Part shown: piece after piece, positions 24,024 through 33,898 of the stretch | How positions within the stretch are numbered: the first letter of the stretch is position 1 | Layout: every line of letters begins with the position of its first letter | Virus record (IMG/VR): IMGVR_UViG_3300025849_000018 | Coordinates: 1 to 64,000 of that record | Direction: 5' to 3' (one strand) | Length of the DNA stretch: 64,000 bases | Origin: a virus | Position numbers and translations under genes: made by a program | Notes under the pieces: generated by a model | The model's input: only the letters and a program-made list of their open reading frames with translations | Databases searched by the model: none | What the model was told of the DNA's origin: nothing

Positions 24024-25468
24024 TCGACACCAACCTTATAAAATTTATATTCAAACTCTTCCTCATCATATATTTTGACACGCTCAATTAAGTGACGCAT
24101 AGTAAAGTTCAAACTCTTTTTCCAAGTCAAGTCATCAGCAATATCATACAACACCGCCTTTTCCTTTGTTGAAGATTTTCGCAGAGATCGACCGATAGAC
24201 TGTAAGTTTCTTATCTTAGACTTAGAAGGAGAGGCGAAGATAACAGAATGTAAATTTCGTATGTTGACACCTGTTGAGAAAGTGCCGTAACTCGCAATAA
24301 TAATTGCGTCATTTTCTTCTTCAACAATTTTTCGTATTTCGTCTCTCTCTTCACCTGAAACTCCTCCATAGACAAAAAAGACTTTGCGATCTTTTGCGAT
24401 GTCGTTTATCATATTATAAAGTATTTTACCATGTTTGTCAACATATTGAAACAAAAGAAGTGTATTACCTTCCAACGACATCGCAAGATTTTTTATAAAG
24501 TTATTTCTTCCTTCGTGTGATACTAAAAAGTCCATTTCGTTTTGATAAGTCAAAGCGTTGATCTCTTTTTTATTTTGATCGGAATATGTCAACGATATGA
24601 TTTTAATTTTAAAGTCAGCAAGATGTTCCTCGTCCATTAGTTTCTTCGTGGTCGTAACTTGATTGACAGGTCCAAACAATCCTTCAAGCACCAGTTTGTG
24701 TGTCTTGGTACCATCAAGTGTGCCAGTAAATCCATAACGGTAACGACAGTCTGTCAGTTTACTCATTATGTTTGATAACGACTTAGACTTAAATAGGTGT
24801 GCTTCGTCACCAATCACCACATCATATCTGTCAAACCACTGTTTCGGAAGTTTGTAAAGCGACTGCCAAGTTGAGATCGTTACGGGCTTGTCGGTCTCTT
24901 TGTCTTGACCTTGATATATTTTATGACAATATTTGTCCGAATTGAATCCATAGTCAGCAAAGTCTGAATACATTTGATGAACAAGTGAGGTTGTTGGAAC
25001 GATTAGGAGTGTTGTCTTTAGATAGTAACGAAGTATCATGTATATAATAAATGATTTGCCAGAGGCAGTGGGAGAAAGGAATAGACAACGATTATAACGT
25101 ACAGCATCCACAAAAGCACTGACCTGATAGTCTCTAGGTTCAAGAGTAAATTTCTGTTGCGACAAAAACTCTTGAGCCTCGGCGACAGAGAAGTTAACAG
25201 CTGAGTTGTCGTATAAGAACTCAATTGAGTATCCTCTTTCTTTCGCAAAAACTTCAATGTATTTTTCAAGTCCAGCATAGATTCTACCCGTGTTCGCATC
25301 CAACAATCTTATCTTACCGTCCCATAATTTTGCGCGATAGGATGGAATGAACTTATATCCGGGAACATAAAACGAGAAGAATTGGAAGAGTTCCATTATG
25401 ATGCCCATATCGTCACACTGGACTCTGTTATAGACCTCATTCACTTTATCAATTTTTATATCGCTCAA
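24020..25468 (-). CDS. uvsW: SF2 DNA helicase UvsW
   Basis: PRDYQ, SPTASGKS, DEAH, QSIGR.LR. Confidence 0.98.
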   Translation of the reverse strand: MSDIKIDKVNEVYNRVQCDDMGIIMELFQFFSFYVPGYKFIPSYRAKLWDGKIRLLDANTGRIYAGLEKYIEVFAKERGYSIEFLYDNSAVNFSVAEAQEFLSQQKFTLEPRDYQVSAFVDAVRYNRCLFLSPTASGKSFIIYMILRYYLKTTLLIVPTTSLVHQMYSDFADYGFNSDKYCHKIYQGQDKETDKPVTISTWQSLYKLPKQWFDRYDVVIGDEAHLFKSKSLSNIMSKLTDCRYRYGFTGTLDGTKTHKLVLEGLFGPVNQVTTTKKLMDEEHLADFKIKIISLTYSDQNKKEINALTYQNEMDFLVSHEGRNNFIKNLAMSLEGNTLLLFQYVDKHGKILYNMINDIAKDRKVFFVYGGVSGEERDEIRKIVEEENDAIIIASYGTFSTGVNIRNLHSVIFASPSKSKIRNLQSIGRSLRKSSTKEKAVLYDIADDLTWKKSLNFTMRHLIERVKIYDEEEFEYKFYKVGVE

Positions 25469-25899
25469 ATTCCTGCCTGCATTCTACGGAAGTCAATCGC
25501 TGACTTCACTTGCCATCCAAGTGTGCTAATGGTTTTGATGATTGACTCAAGTAAATTAATTTTCTCCTGTTGATAAGCGACACGGAGATTTGTTTGTATA
25601 ATATCGGAGTCACCGTCAAGATACATAGCAACATCAGCACGAAGTATCTTACCTTTTGCGGGTAACTTCCATCCCATTTCTATTTGATCTTGAGTTGGAC
25701 CATCTGTATAAAATTCATACTTATCCAGTCTCAGACATTTCGCCTCAGACTCTATTTTCCGTAGAATTAATTTTTCTTTAGATAATATCTCATAATACTT
25801 ATGGTGTAGTTTTGCGATAGATAAAGCGGTGCTATCCAATTCCAACTGATCCAGTTGTGAGTCTATTGACCATAATTCATGTATTTCTTCAAGTTTCAT
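25465..25899 (-). CDS. uvsY: Recombination mediator UvsY
   Basis: W..DS.LD, LH.KY, W.VKSAIDF.R.QAG. Confidence 0.93.
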   Translation of the reverse strand: MKLEEIHELWSIDSQLDQLELDSTALSIAKLHHKYYEILSKEKLILRKIESEAKCLRLDKYEFYTDGPTQDQIEMGWKLPAKGKILRADVAMYLDGDSDIIQTNLRVAYQQEKINLLESIIKTISTLGWQVKSAIDFRRMQAGI

Positions 25900-25924
25900 A
25901 AACTACCTTCGCGTATAATATACC

Positions 25925-25953
25925 ATTATACTACTTATCTATACAGATGTAAA
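25925..25953 (-). promoter_or_regulatory. sigma70-type promoter for uvsY-uvsW
   Basis: TTTACA-N17-TATAAT. Confidence 0.7.
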
Positions 25954-26445
25954 GATATAATTCTGAAATCTGAAAGATGCGGTTGCTTCAATGTATTCAA
26001 TAGCGGTGTCGCGAGTGTCCACCGTGATAGGAGAGAGACTGATAGGAAATAAATCTTCAATGAATATCTGCGTTGTTACATTCATCGCACTGGAGAGAAT
26101 TGACAAGGTGGCGTCAGAGAAAATACCATCACCACTCTGTATTGTTTTATCTCTGATTGATTTGAACTGACCATGATTATCGGGAAATCCTAACGCGGTA
26201 ATCCAGTTGAATATCTCTAGATAGTTGGTCATATCCTCGTTTATCTTAAATGTAACATCCAACTCACCATATGTAATATGATCACCATACATAGGAACAC
26301 TCTTCATTGGATTTGGTATATCAAAAGAACCGAGCGTGACACCGGGTAAGGTGATTGACTGTATAAAGAAGTTCATGTCGGGTGTTTTCTTTATTTGAAA
26401 ATTAAACCCAACAGGTGATAACATATTTTTGTTTAGTTCAGGCAT
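25939..26445 (-). CDS. gp3: Tail tube terminator / tail completion protein
   Basis: N.LSP.GF.F.I, FF.Q...LPG, F.INED..NY..I.NW, SDATL.IL. Confidence 0.92.
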   Translation of the reverse strand: MPELNKNMLSPVGFNFQIKKTPDMNFFIQSITLPGVTLGSFDIPNPMKSVPMYGDHITYGELDVTFKINEDMTNYLEIFNWITALGFPDNHGQFKSIRDKTIQSGDGIFSDATLSILSSAMNVTTQIFIEDLFPISLSPITVDTRDTAIEYIEATASFRFQNYIFTSV

Positions 26446-26680
26446 CGTATTTCCCTGTTATGATAATCTTAACTCTATCAATCTTAGTCATGTTGTAGAA
26501 CAATCTCTCCGTTAGACAGATATATGTGCTTTTCTTTTCTTTTGTTGAACCGCTTGTTGTTTCATATCCAACACATAAAACAATGGGCGTTGAACTGTAT
26601 ATCTCTGCGCCTTCATGTTTAGCGATTTCATAAGCATTACCAGTCAAACTAATCCAATACAATACTATTGTTTGAAGCAT
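26438..26680 (-). CDS. Hypothetical protein (80 aa)
   Basis: Fills gap after gp23, downstream of two promoters. Confidence 0.6.
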   Translation of the reverse strand: MLQTIVLYWISLTGNAYEIAKHEGAEIYSSTPIVLCVGYETTSGSTKEKKSTYICLTERLFYNMTKIDRVKIIITGKYDA

Positions 26681-26709
26681 ATTGAATCTCTTTGTTCTAT
26701 TGCTGATAC

Positions 26710-26768
26710 TATTTATATGCCTTTAAAGGCAACTATGTTATTATACTCATATTGAAACACAATGTCAA
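26710..26768 (-). promoter_or_regulatory. Tandem consensus sigma70 promoter and late promoter
   Basis: TTGACA-N17-TATAAT (26768-26740); TATAAATA (26717-26710). Confidence 0.8.
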
Positions 26769-26771
26769 GAC

Positions 26772-26798
26772 AAAAAAAGACCCGCCGAAGCGGGTCTC
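26772..26798 (-). terminator. gp23 intrinsic terminator
   Basis: AGACCCGC-TTCG-GCGGGTC-TTTTTTT. Confidence 0.92.
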
Positions 26799-26831
26799 AA
26801 AAGATGACTGATTAAAATCAGTTTCTTATTA

Positions 26832-28187
26832 TTACAACAGGTTGTTAACGAAGGTGCGACGATAGTAGACATTAGAATCTACTGCCAGCGCGCCTGAGGT
26901 GGATCCTGCGCCTGCGTGGAAGGGGTTGGCTACCATTCCGTAACGGGTTTTGAATCCAATTTTTGGCTGAAAGGAATCTTGATCAACTGCACGAACCATC
27001 TGAAGAGGAACATATGGGCAGTAGAAGATGCCAGCGTCAAATGCATTCGAACCCTTATAACCGATAGTCATGTAGTTACCAGTTGTATAAGGATCGATGT
27101 AAACGCGATATCGACCGTTCAGTACACCAGCGAAGGTGTTACCAGTGTCATCTACTTGCAGGTTGTTGCTGTTCAGAGCAGGAGTGTAATCAAGAACACC
27201 AGCCATCTGAAGTGCAGAAGCAACGTCAGAAGAACAGATGATTACATTACCCTTACCACGACGAGTCTCTTTAGCAATGATGTTTGCTTCGCGCTCAATG
27301 TGGAACATAAGACCCTTGAACTTCTCAACAGACCAACGACCATTTGCGTCAACGTCAAGATCAAAGATGCCAGGAGTAGTTGTGCCAGTGGCAGAACCTC
27401 GCTTGGCAGTTACATTGATAGTACGAACAACTTCGCGGTTGATTTCAGCAAGAATCTCAGTAGAGAGAATGTTGCTCAACTCTGACTCAGCGTCAAGACC
27501 GTGGACTGCTTTCAGGTCTTGTGCGAGTTCAAGCGAGTAGTCCGCTTTCAAGGCACGAGTCTGAGCAGTTACAGTTACTTTGTCGATGCTGAATGCCATC
27601 TCACCAAAGGGAGTGTTACTACTAGTACCCATTGCTTCTGCTTGTTCAGTTGACATTGCGGCCGCATAGTTGTAATTTTCATTTTCTGGCAGATCCAAGT
27701 TGTTAGCATCAGCAGTAGGTGAAGTACCTTTATGTTCGCCGCCTGGTGTGTTAGCACCTGAAGGAACAGTTGTGTGATCTGTGTCAGCTTCGTTGTAGAA
27801 TGCTTCGGTACCAGCTTGGTTAGCATAACGTGACTTCATTGCGAAGATCAATCCAGTAGGACCAGTCATTGGTTGAACACCACATACATCGTATGCCATA
27901 AGATTGGGCATTGCACGACGAACGAGTGAGATCAATACAGGGTCGAAACCTTTGATGGCACCAGCGCCAGTGGAACCCATACCAGTTCCAACAATGTTAC
28001 TAGGGATCTCGTCTTCTGACAGAAGGTTTTGATTAGCACCAACATTTGCATCATCGCGAAGAGCTCGCTCGGTGTTTTCGAGAATCATTGAAGTGACCAT
28101 TGCGCGATGCTGATCACCAATAGCAGGAAGATCAGGGTGTTCTACCACTGGCTTCCACTTGTTACGGATTTGTTCATTGAGGTTCAT
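26832..28187 (-). CDS. gp23: Major capsid protein
   Basis: FDPVLISLVRRAMPNL, GVQPMTGPTGLIFAM, RALKA.YS.ELAQDLKAVHGLDAE, FQPKIGFKTRYG. Confidence 0.99.
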   Translation of the reverse strand: MNLNEQIRNKWKPVVEHPDLPAIGDQHRAMVTSMILENTERALRDDANVGANQNLLSEDEIPSNIVGTGMGSTGAGAIKGFDPVLISLVRRAMPNLMAYDVCGVQPMTGPTGLIFAMKSRYANQAGTEAFYNEADTDHTTVPSGANTPGGEHKGTSPTADANNLDLPENENYNYAAAMSTEQAEAMGTSSNTPFGEMAFSIDKVTVTAQTRALKADYSLELAQDLKAVHGLDAESELSNILSTEILAEINREVVRTINVTAKRGSATGTTTPGIFDLDVDANGRWSVEKFKGLMFHIEREANIIAKETRRGKGNVIICSSDVASALQMAGVLDYTPALNSNNLQVDDTGNTFAGVLNGRYRVYIDPYTTGNYMTIGYKGSNAFDAGIFYCPYVPLQMVRAVDQDSFQPKIGFKTRYGMVANPFHAGAGSTSGALAVDSNVYYRRTFVNNLL

Positions 28188-28234
28188 TTGTAAATCTCCT
28201 TTGGGCGTTTCTATTATTTAGTAAAAATTAATTT

Positions 28235-29224
28235 TTAACGTTTGATTGTGTTGGAAATTGCGTTAAAGTATCCTTTCATCTCTTCTGGAATAACCTGTTG
28301 TGCTTCAGGTTCATCATTAGAACCTACAGAACTATCTTCAGAAATAAACCCAGTCGAACCAGATTCAACACTTTCAGAGAAGTATTGCTTCTTTACGATT
28401 TCAAGTTTTGAGGTATACTCTTCGATCGAATCAAATTCCATGCTTTCTGTAAGCGTTCGAAGTTTTTCAATCTGAGTATCAGCGAGACCTTCAGAAACAT
28501 CACCGAATGCTGTTTCTACTAATGACTCGTTGATCACCTTGTTCAGTTCCAGATTCTTGACGGATACTGATTCGAGTGATTCTTCTAATGAAGCAACCTT
28601 TTCTTCCAATTCAGAGACAAGATCAACCTTCTCTTCTGGAACTACGACATAAGACTCACTGAAAAGATTCTTCAATCCATCAATGAAATTCTCAGTTGCT
28701 TCTACACGGAAGTTGTTTTCAAGAGCGACTTTATTTTGCTCCATCCACTGTTCAACAACATAGTCCATGTATGTATTAACTTGTTCGTGTAATTGGTCGA
28801 TTGATGCAGTAACCTGCTCTTCCAACTTAACATCAGACTCTTCTTCTATTCGGGCGACTTCAAGAACAACTCGGTTCTGAACTGCTGCTTCAAATAGTGT
28901 AGATGCTTCAGATTTAAATTCTTCAGAAAAGTCTTCTTGTCCAGAGAACAATTCAAGTACATCTTCCTTCATAGTGACAGAAGATGCGTTCTTCTCTGTC
29001 ATTTCTTTTTCTTTCTTGTCTTTCTCGCCCAAAGCCATGGTCTTCTCAAGAAAAGAAGAGAGTTCTTCTTTTCGCATGTTAGCAAGATATCCCATAGCCT
29101 GCGCTAGTACGGCGGATTTAGTCGGTGCTTTAGTGGCCTCAACGATCGGTGAGTCAGTAGTTTCCTCAACAGAAACATCGTTCTCGACAACCTCTTCCAC
29201 CTGAGCATTCATTTCATCAGACAT
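28235..29224 (-). CDS. gp22: Prohead core scaffold protein
   Basis: SEEFK..A.TLFEAAV, Y.DYVVE.W; late promoter TATAAATA 29253-29260. Confidence 0.95.
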   Translation of the reverse strand: MSDEMNAQVEEVVENDVSVEETTDSPIVEATKAPTKSAVLAQAMGYLANMRKEELSSFLEKTMALGEKDKKEKEMTEKNASSVTMKEDVLELFSGQEDFSEEFKSEASTLFEAAVQNRVVLEVARIEEESDVKLEEQVTASIDQLHEQVNTYMDYVVEQWMEQNKVALENNFRVEATENFIDGLKNLFSESYVVVPEEKVDLVSELEEKVASLEESLESVSVKNLELNKVINESLVETAFGDVSEGLADTQIEKLRTLTESMEFDSIEEYTSKLEIVKKQYFSESVESGSTGFISEDSSVGSNDEPEAQQVIPEEMKGYFNAISNTIKR

Positions 29225-29265
29225 TAGTTATACTCCTTCGGTGTTTAAACTATATTTATAAAATC

Positions 29266-29931
29266 TCAATTTTGAGACATTTCGTTAATAAATTTCTGGA
29301 AAAGTTGTAGTTTGCGTTCCTCATTGAGTTTTTTATTCCGCGCAGACTTTTCAATCTCACGCTGGATGTCCTCAACTTGAAGGGCAATATACTTGCCATT
29401 ATCCCACACCCACTCAACTCCTTCCATGATACCATTAACAAAAGCATCAGGTGCGGAAGGGTCGGCAACGATATCTGCTGCTGTAGCTAAGCGAAAATCG
29501 TTTTGAACTTCCATTACTCCATCCTTACCTTCTTTTAGAGAACCCATTCCACGAGATGAAACTCCTAAATTTGCTCCATCTGAAAGTAAACCTTTTACAA
29601 TCTCACCCATCGGCGTTGAAGAAATCTTCGCACGACCCATGAAATTATCTCCTTCTCTCCGTAAATCTGTGATCATATGTGAAACACGATCTAAATTGAT
29701 TGAAGGTCCATTGGGATGACCAAGTTCGCCATATGCGCGACCGGTCTTCACAGATTCTTTAGTATAACGATCAACTTCTTTTTCTAAAACTTCAGTACTG
29801 TATCTTCGTCCATTACGATTCAGAATACCACCCTGCATGAAGATTCCTTCAATAAAGAAGTTTTTCTTACCTTCCTCTGTCGATTCCTCGATGACTTGAA
29901 TCGATTCATTTAATTCTGTGATTAGTTTCAT
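29266..29931 (-). CDS. gp21: Prohead protease
   Basis: GELGHP, LGVSSRGMGS, ADIVADPSAPDAFV.GIME. Confidence 0.98.
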   Translation of the reverse strand: MKLITELNESIQVIEESTEEGKKNFFIEGIFMQGGILNRNGRRYSTEVLEKEVDRYTKESVKTGRAYGELGHPNGPSINLDRVSHMITDLRREGDNFMGRAKISSTPMGEIVKGLLSDGANLGVSSRGMGSLKEGKDGVMEVQNDFRLATAADIVADPSAPDAFVNGIMEGVEWVWDNGKYIALQVEDIQREIEKSARNKKLNEERKLQLFQKFINEMSQN

Positions 29932-29941
29932 GTCTAGGCCC

Positions 29942-30181
29942 TTATGATACTGTGATCGCGACTGATGTTGCTAGCACATTTACCGATGAACTTAACAGTT
30001 CAGCTGGTTTCTTGACCACGAAAGCGATAGAACCAGTTGGCATTGTAAAACTGGCACTTGTTGTTGAGTTTGTAATCAACGCAGCGCCAGCATCGCTGTT
30101 ATAAACACGGACGCAACTAGCAGAACTAACAGTGCTATCTGCTTGCAATGTAACCTCGGTTGATAATGGTTTGACAATCAT
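29942..30181 (-). CDS. Small putative virion protein
   Basis: Beta-rich ORF in head cluster. Confidence 0.7.
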   Translation of the reverse strand: MIVKPLSTEVTLQADSTVSSASCVRVYNSDAGAALITNSTTSASFTMPTGSIAFVVKKPAELLSSSVNVLATSVAITVS

Positions 30182-30193
30182 TTTTATTACCTT

Positions 30194-30979
30194 TTATTCG
30201 TTGTCTACTAAAATAAGATCGAATGTAGAACTCACTTGTGTTGCTTGCCCTGCGACTACATCAACCTTCAAATCAGTTTTTTCATCAAACTTCAATGGAA
30301 CTGGGTATTCAATTGATAAACTTTGTCCCCCAGCAGCATTATAGTTTGCTTTAATATTAAACGCTCCGCCAAATGTCCTAGCAAAGAAACGATAAATCAT
30401 CGATGTATTGGTAGATGCTTTATCAGAACCAAGATGTAGTGTTAACAAGTACGCAGTTTTCCCTGCCGGAACTGTATACACTGCCATCAATGTTTGACCT
30501 AGACCCGATAATATTTTGGCAATCACTGTACCGCTCTGAGAAATATTAATATCTTGACTATTTTCTGTAGAAACCATTCTTGCTCTAAAGACTCTAGAGA
30601 AAGTAGTTAAACCAGTGCTACCAATATTAATTATTTCTATTACCGGATTATAATCTCCATCTAACCCCTGTACTTCTACTGATTCGCCATCGTCACTATT
30701 TGTTGCTCCTGAGAGAGTCAGTGTACTCGCGGCAGGATATGGGTATACAGTTGACCCGCTATTCCCGTCCCAAACCGTACCTGAAGTCACATTACCATCA
30801 GTCGCTCCAAATTTATTTATATGCGAGTAACCAGTGACATCACCAGCAGCAATAGGGATATTGGAAGCAGAACCAAACGAGTTGATGATGTTGCCATTTT
30901 TATCAGACAGCATTACGACTTCATATATCGAAGCGCCGTTTGGTAAAAACTGATTTGAATCTATACGATATTGCGCCAC
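30194..30979 (-). CDS. Putative virion protein
   Basis: INKFG, VEVQGLD, F.RVFRA, YTVPAGKTAY motifs; in head cluster. Confidence 0.75.
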   Translation of the reverse strand: MAQYRIDSNQFLPNGASIYEVVMLSDKNGNIINSFGSASNIPIAAGDVTGYSHINKFGATDGNVTSGTVWDGNSGSTVYPYPAASTLTLSGATNSDDGESVEVQGLDGDYNPVIEIINIGSTGLTTFSRVFRARMVSTENSQDINISQSGTVIAKILSGLGQTLMAVYTVPAGKTAYLLTLHLGSDKASTNTSMIYRFFARTFGGAFNIKANYNAAGGQSLSIEYPVPLKFDEKTDLKVDVVAGQATQVSSTFDLILVDNE

Positions 30980-30982
30980 AGA

Positions 30983-31447
30983 TTAGTATCCAGACTTCGC
31001 TTTCTTTTTGCTTTCTTTCTTCACTTTTGGATTAGTTTCAATTTCGACTTCATCATCGTCGTCTTCATCATCGTCGTCTTCATCATCATCTTCATCATCA
31101 TCGTCTTCATCATCGTCGTCACTTTCGAAGATTGCTGCAACCAACTCATCATAACCTTCTTCTGTTGCAAATAATTCTTCAAGAGCTGCGCGATCTTCCT
31201 CAGATGCTTCTTCTAGGAAATCTTCAACTGCTTGTGTGATGTCAGCGGCGTGCTGTTCATAAACTTCCTCGTCTTCGCCGGGAGTATAACCCTTCCGATC
31301 AGCGAAGGAAGAATTTTCAACAGCTGCACGAATCTCTGCGTATCCTGGTCCTTCCATTGCAACAACGGTGTGCTTATTGATGAATTTCTCTTCATCACCA
31401 CTACGTGGTTCATATTTTTCCAGAATCTCTAGTAGTCTATCCTTCAT
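30983..31447 (-). CDS. Acidic putative prohead core protein
   Basis: SD GGAG before MKDRLLE; poly-D/E tract then basic tail; gp67/gp68 position. Confidence 0.65.
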   Translation of the reverse strand: MKDRLLEILEKYEPRSGDEEKFINKHTVVAMEGPGYAEIRAAVENSSFADRKGYTPGEDEEVYEQHAADITQAVEDFLEEASEEDRAALEELFATEEGYDELVAAIFESDDDDEDDDDEDDDEDDDDEDDDDEVEIETNPKVKKESKKKAKSGY

Positions 31448-31625
31448 CGTTATCTCCAGCTTCTTCTGTATCTGTAGTTTTGTTAAAAATTGCCGAAGAC
31501 ACTGAATCATACTTCGCCTGCAAAGCAGAAACCAATTTAGATTCAATCGCGGCCGAGAACGCATCATATGTTTGATTCGGCTTCTCTGATACGGCCGCGG
31601 TAATAATGTTTGTAATATTCGTCAC
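31437..31625 (-). CDS. Small putative prohead core protein (gp67-position)
   Basis: SD GAGGAG, GTG start, late promoter TATAAATA 31644-31651, directly after portal. Confidence 0.7.
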   Translation of the reverse strand: MTNITNIITAAVSEKPNQTYDAFSAAIESKLVSALQAKYDSVSSAIFNKTTDTEEAGDNDEG

Positions 31626-31653
31626 AATTAAACTCCTCTCAGTTATTTATAAA

Positions 31654-33279
31654 TTACTTTTGTTCAGATTCTTCTTCGTTGTCTTGTTCTACTTCATCCG
31701 GTTGTTTATCTTCCGGTGGTTCTGGTTTTGGTTCTGGTTTTGATTCTGGTTCATCATCATCGTCACCTTCAAAATCCATATCAGCATCAGCATATCTCGG
31801 ATCATTCTTTTCACTGGCAATCTGTTCATCAATACTTTTAATGTCTTCTTCACTTTGTTGAAGAATTTGTCGCCGCGTGTATTCGTGTGAGTAATATGTA
31901 CCGATCGACTCTTCCATCTCTCGCAAAAGGCTTACTCTATCACGAAATATTTCCATTTGCTTTAGTTCATGAAAATAATTATCAATCGCGTAATCGTATT
32001 GTATTATATGTCGCCACTCTTTCCAATCATCAGGCGTACAAATACCCTTTAGTAACAACTGTTGTTCAAGAAGTTTATTAAACAGTTCGCTGAACTTATT
32101 TCTCAAACGAGTAATAAACTTAGAGAACTTTACTTCATCTCTTGTGATCTCAGTGGCACGACCTAATGAAAATGTAGAATCAGACTGTAAACGAGTAATT
32201 GGAACATTCAGAGACTTATACAAAAGATTCTGAAAATATTGTACATCTTCTATTTCACCGAGATTCTGACCACCTGGCAATGTAGTGATTTCTGTACCAC
32301 GACCACCATCTCGTCTCGGTAACCAGAAATCCTCAAGCATCGTCATAAACTTACGATCATCTCGAACTTCACCCGTGCCTGAATCATACACAACTTTATT
32401 TTTAAACTTTGTCATGATGCTGTTTAGATACTGTTCTGCCTTTGCTTTTGGCAGTCCACCAACATCAACATAAAAAATTCTGCGTTCTGGTGCTCTTGAT
32501 ATACGATAGATAACAAGAGAGTCTTCCATAGATCGTAACTGATTCAATGGTCGAATCGCTTTATGCATATATGAAAGAATTAAATTATTGTCTGTTGCTT
32601 GTATACCACTGGTACAATAAGCAATTGAGTCTTTTGAAATCTTGATACCAGCTGACTGGCCAGAACCGCCGGTTGAATTTGATCGGTTCAAAAAACCTGC
32701 TGGATTGTAAATGTAATATTCTGCAACAACTTTTTCAACAGTCACATCTTGTGCTGTCTTTTCTTTTTTTACTTCACGAACTTTCTTGATATATCTTGGA
32801 TCAATATAACGAAGTTCAATAATTCCTTTGTTTGGTTTACTTTCATCAATAATGACATGATAGTATAATCGACCATCAATGTACCACCGACGGAATATTT
32901 CGTAACTCAAATAATCAAACTCAAGTTTTTGTAATAATGTGGTAAACTCTTTACGGATACTGTTCTTAATGCTATCACTAACTTTTAGATTGTCGAGTAC
33001 CAATTGAACAGTTTCTTCATCAGAATCTTCAACAATTGCTTCATTGCAAATATCTTGAACAGCGAGATCAACAATAGGATCCAATGCCATTGTTCGGTAC
33101 TTGGTTACAAGTTCCGCTTCAGTTCTAACACTGCCGTCTAGATCAACATATGTACCATAAACTCCACCCGATGCAATGGTTAACGAACCATCGTCATTGG
33201 ATGGAGGTACGAAAGAAACAACTTTCTCTTGTTCCTTTTCCTCTTTTTTTCTGTTAATTTGAAAACCAAATAAATCCAT
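31654..33279 (-). CDS. gp20: Portal protein
   Basis: FRRWYIDGR, IYRISRAPERRIFY.DVG, MLEDFWLPRR.GGRGTEI.TLPGG. Confidence 0.99.
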   Translation of the reverse strand: MDLFGFQINRKKEEKEQEKVVSFVPPSNDDGSLTIASGGVYGTYVDLDGSVRTEAELVTKYRTMALDPIVDLAVQDICNEAIVEDSDEETVQLVLDNLKVSDSIKNSIRKEFTTLLQKLEFDYLSYEIFRRWYIDGRLYYHVIIDESKPNKGIIELRYIDPRYIKKVREVKKEKTAQDVTVEKVVAEYYIYNPAGFLNRSNSTGGSGQSAGIKISKDSIAYCTSGIQATDNNLILSYMHKAIRPLNQLRSMEDSLVIYRISRAPERRIFYVDVGGLPKAKAEQYLNSIMTKFKNKVVYDSGTGEVRDDRKFMTMLEDFWLPRRDGGRGTEITTLPGGQNLGEIEDVQYFQNLLYKSLNVPITRLQSDSTFSLGRATEITRDEVKFSKFITRLRNKFSELFNKLLEQQLLLKGICTPDDWKEWRHIIQYDYAIDNYFHELKQMEIFRDRVSLLREMEESIGTYYSHEYTRRQILQQSEEDIKSIDEQIASEKNDPRYADADMDFEGDDDDEPESKPEPKPEPPEDKQPDEVEQDNEEESEQK

Positions 33280-33297
33280 TATAATTCAACTCCGAAT

Positions 33298-33332
33298 AAA
33301 AAAAGTGAGGGCATAAAGATATTTATGCCCCC
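33298..33332 (-). terminator. Terminator after gp19 with embedded late-promoter variant
   Basis: GGGGCATAAA-TATC-TTTATGCCCC then CAC and a T run; contains CATAAATA. Confidence 0.65.
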
Positions 33333-33361
33333 ATATGTGACGAAGTTTGCGCTCGATGGTA

Positions 33362-33868
33362 TTAACTACCGGGAGCCATCACATCAAATGCCCATGTCAC
33401 AGAATAAGTACCGATTGTATCAGTTGTATTCCAATCCAATTCAATAGTACCTACATCTGTTGGCCAACAACCTTCGAGTTTGTAAGAACGAAGCGCACTG
33501 CCTCCACCCTTACCATACAAGAAAACTTCTGCGTCAGTCTTATATGCTTCAAAGACTTCATCACGAGTATTACCAGCAGCAGAGTTAATTGCTTCTTGCC
33601 AATCCTCTAACTCATTTCGCAGAGCGAAGTCTTCTTCAATCATGAGCGTTGTTGTCCATTCGGCATATGTTCGATCGCCAGCAACTTTGATCTTACGACC
33701 AAAGTAAGGAACCTCAATTACTCCCATTGTCATTCCAGGAACTTGCGAGGCCTGACAAAGGAAGTTCATGGGATTACCTAATCGTGTGACTTGCACTTCG
33801 AACAGGGCAGGACGATACCCACCCGCTGCGATCGCGCCATTCTTAAATGATTCAATACTGAAAGCCAT
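33362..33868 (-). CDS. gp19: Tail tube protein
   Basis: RP.LFEV, PYFGR.IK.AGDRT..W, WPT.VG.IELDW. Confidence 0.97.
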   Translation of the reverse strand: MAFSIESFKNGAIAAGGYRPALFEVQVTRLGNPMNFLCQASQVPGMTMGVIEVPYFGRKIKVAGDRTYAEWTTTLMIEEDFALRNELEDWQEAINSAAGNTRDEVFEAYKTDAEVFLYGKGGGSALRSYKLEGCWPTDVGTIELDWNTTDTIGTYSVTWAFDVMAPGS

Positions 33869-33898
33869 TTTTTATTCTCCTATTATTTTATCTATTTA

